DNA of 64,000 nucleotides from NCBI GenBank assembly GCA_973895155.1, contig OZ316899.1, positions 6,203,241-6,267,240 on the forward strand, read 5' to 3'. The notes under the pieces are model-generated. The model searched no databases, was not told the DNA's origin, and saw nothing but the letters and a program-made list of their open reading frames with translations. Shown here piece by piece: positions 63,101 through 64,000 of the stretch. Every line of letters starts with the position of its first letter. The first letter of the stretch is position 1. A program made the translations under genes and the position numbers. Origin of the DNA: Marsupella aquatica (lineage: Eukaryota > Plantae > Marchantiophyta).

Positions 63101-63944
63101 ATGACCCAACAGTCTCCAAGATCCCCCCCCAGGTTGCATGCGTCAAATGAGTTCCAATCCAGATCCTGGTCCATCAATACTCATCTTGAAAATATGTGGG
63201 CGCTCTTTTGTTCCCAAATTTTGTCCTGGGAAGAGTACACTCTGTACAAAGGAGAAGACTGTTTCTTTTTGTAGCTCAAGTATCCGAGAAATATCGGACT
63301 CCTTATGCTGGTACTTCTTCAGACTTCTCACCAGCTTTCGGATGGTTGATCCGTCGTTCAAGATTCCCAAAGTCTCATCAAGATCCTCTGCTTCTTGTTG
63401 TGTGAGTGTTGTCGCAACATTATCTTTGAACATCTCCTTCAAAGCACGGACAGTCTCACGCTTTAGATCAGTGGTGTCTTTATGGCAGCCTTTGCGAACA
63501 AGCTTTTGAGCAATGCCCGTCGCTGCCAATTTTGCGTATATTTAGGAGGGTGGATATGATTTCCGTGATGTATTGCCCCTTGAGACATGTGAATATATTT
63601 GTCTCTAGGTGTCTTTGGGCTCGGATTGATGTACCACATAACTGCAGGACAAGATCTGATACAAACAGGAGGCTGGTGGCAAAATGAACAGACCATACTC
63701 TCAGCGGGAACTCTTTTTCCTGGTGGGAATGGTTTTTGGGTCCCTTAATTACGTCCCACTCGACTGCGTTCTCCCCATCTTTCTCCGTTCGAAGACCACA
63801 TCTTGGATTGTTGCAAACAAGAGACCCGACACATCGGACCGACCCAATCTTGTACATGTGCTTACGGCCACCAAATTGTGGGCCAATTTGGGCAGTCGTC
63901 TCAGTCATCTTTCCCCAAATATAGCAGTTAGACTTGCGGTCCAT
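60188..63944 (-). pseudogene. Mutator (MULE)-like transposase with an N-terminal Cys/His (GCM/WRKY-like) domain and a C-terminal SWIM finger; fragmented
   Basis: CVGSLVCNNPRC, CSFC..C..HHGNHIHPP; WVMSDVMHR, GFIADNAQA, ERSDAFH (DD plus D/CxFH); SWIM CSC-x15-CKH at 60188-60529. Confidence 0.75.
61640..62005 (-). repeat. 138-bp (46-aa) coding tandem repeat, ~2.6 copies
   Basis: GAATTCAGATCGAT at 61699, 61837 and 61975; peptide unit SSPVIDLNSSGPSDVEERPLRRLSRRSTNISEKDPLANVKILETPK. Confidence 0.92.
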
Positions 63945-64000
63945 GCCTTTTAAAAATGCGCCCTTAAAATGCTCACCAGTGTAAGGGGGGAATTCGTAAA

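Overview
This is a eukaryotic, gene-free nest of transposons, probably from a non-seed land plant such as a bryophyte (inferred from TTTAGGG repeats, plant LTR lineages and Sola-like transposases). No intact host gene, rRNA, tRNA or CRISPR array was recognised. Left to right: (1) a decayed Ty3/Gypsy pol plus an env-position accessory ORF (1-~5.8 kb); (2) a partial CACTA element with a divergent TnpA-like gene and a Tnp2 transposase whose predicted first intron holds a SET-domain ORF (~5.8-12.1 kb); (3) a Sola1-like/DUF7869-type DDE transposon (~12.5-31.7 kb) split by a complete 13.4-kb CACTA element (17055-30449, TSD TAC); (4) a truncated Athila-like element with a tRNA-Asp PBS whose ~3.2-kb 5' LTR appears to contain a protein-coding ORF; (5) two inverted ~4.7-kb TG...CA solo-LTR-like units with perfect 5-bp TSDs, each carrying a ~1130-1220 aa ORF (34504-39200, 48928-53599); (6) RING-H2 and RPA-like OB-fold ORFs next to a Sola2-like transposase; (7) a Bianca-type Copia 5' end; (8) a convergent pair of F-box-like ORFs beside a Mutator-like SWIM transposase. 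The best candidate for a novel system is the CACTA-borne SET methyltransferase, which can be spliced in frame to the same Zn-binding first exon as the transposase. A wider pattern is that most elements pair an accessory chromatin- or ubiquitin-type ORF with their own amplified short DNA motif. All domain calls are by-eye motif recognition; no database search was run.
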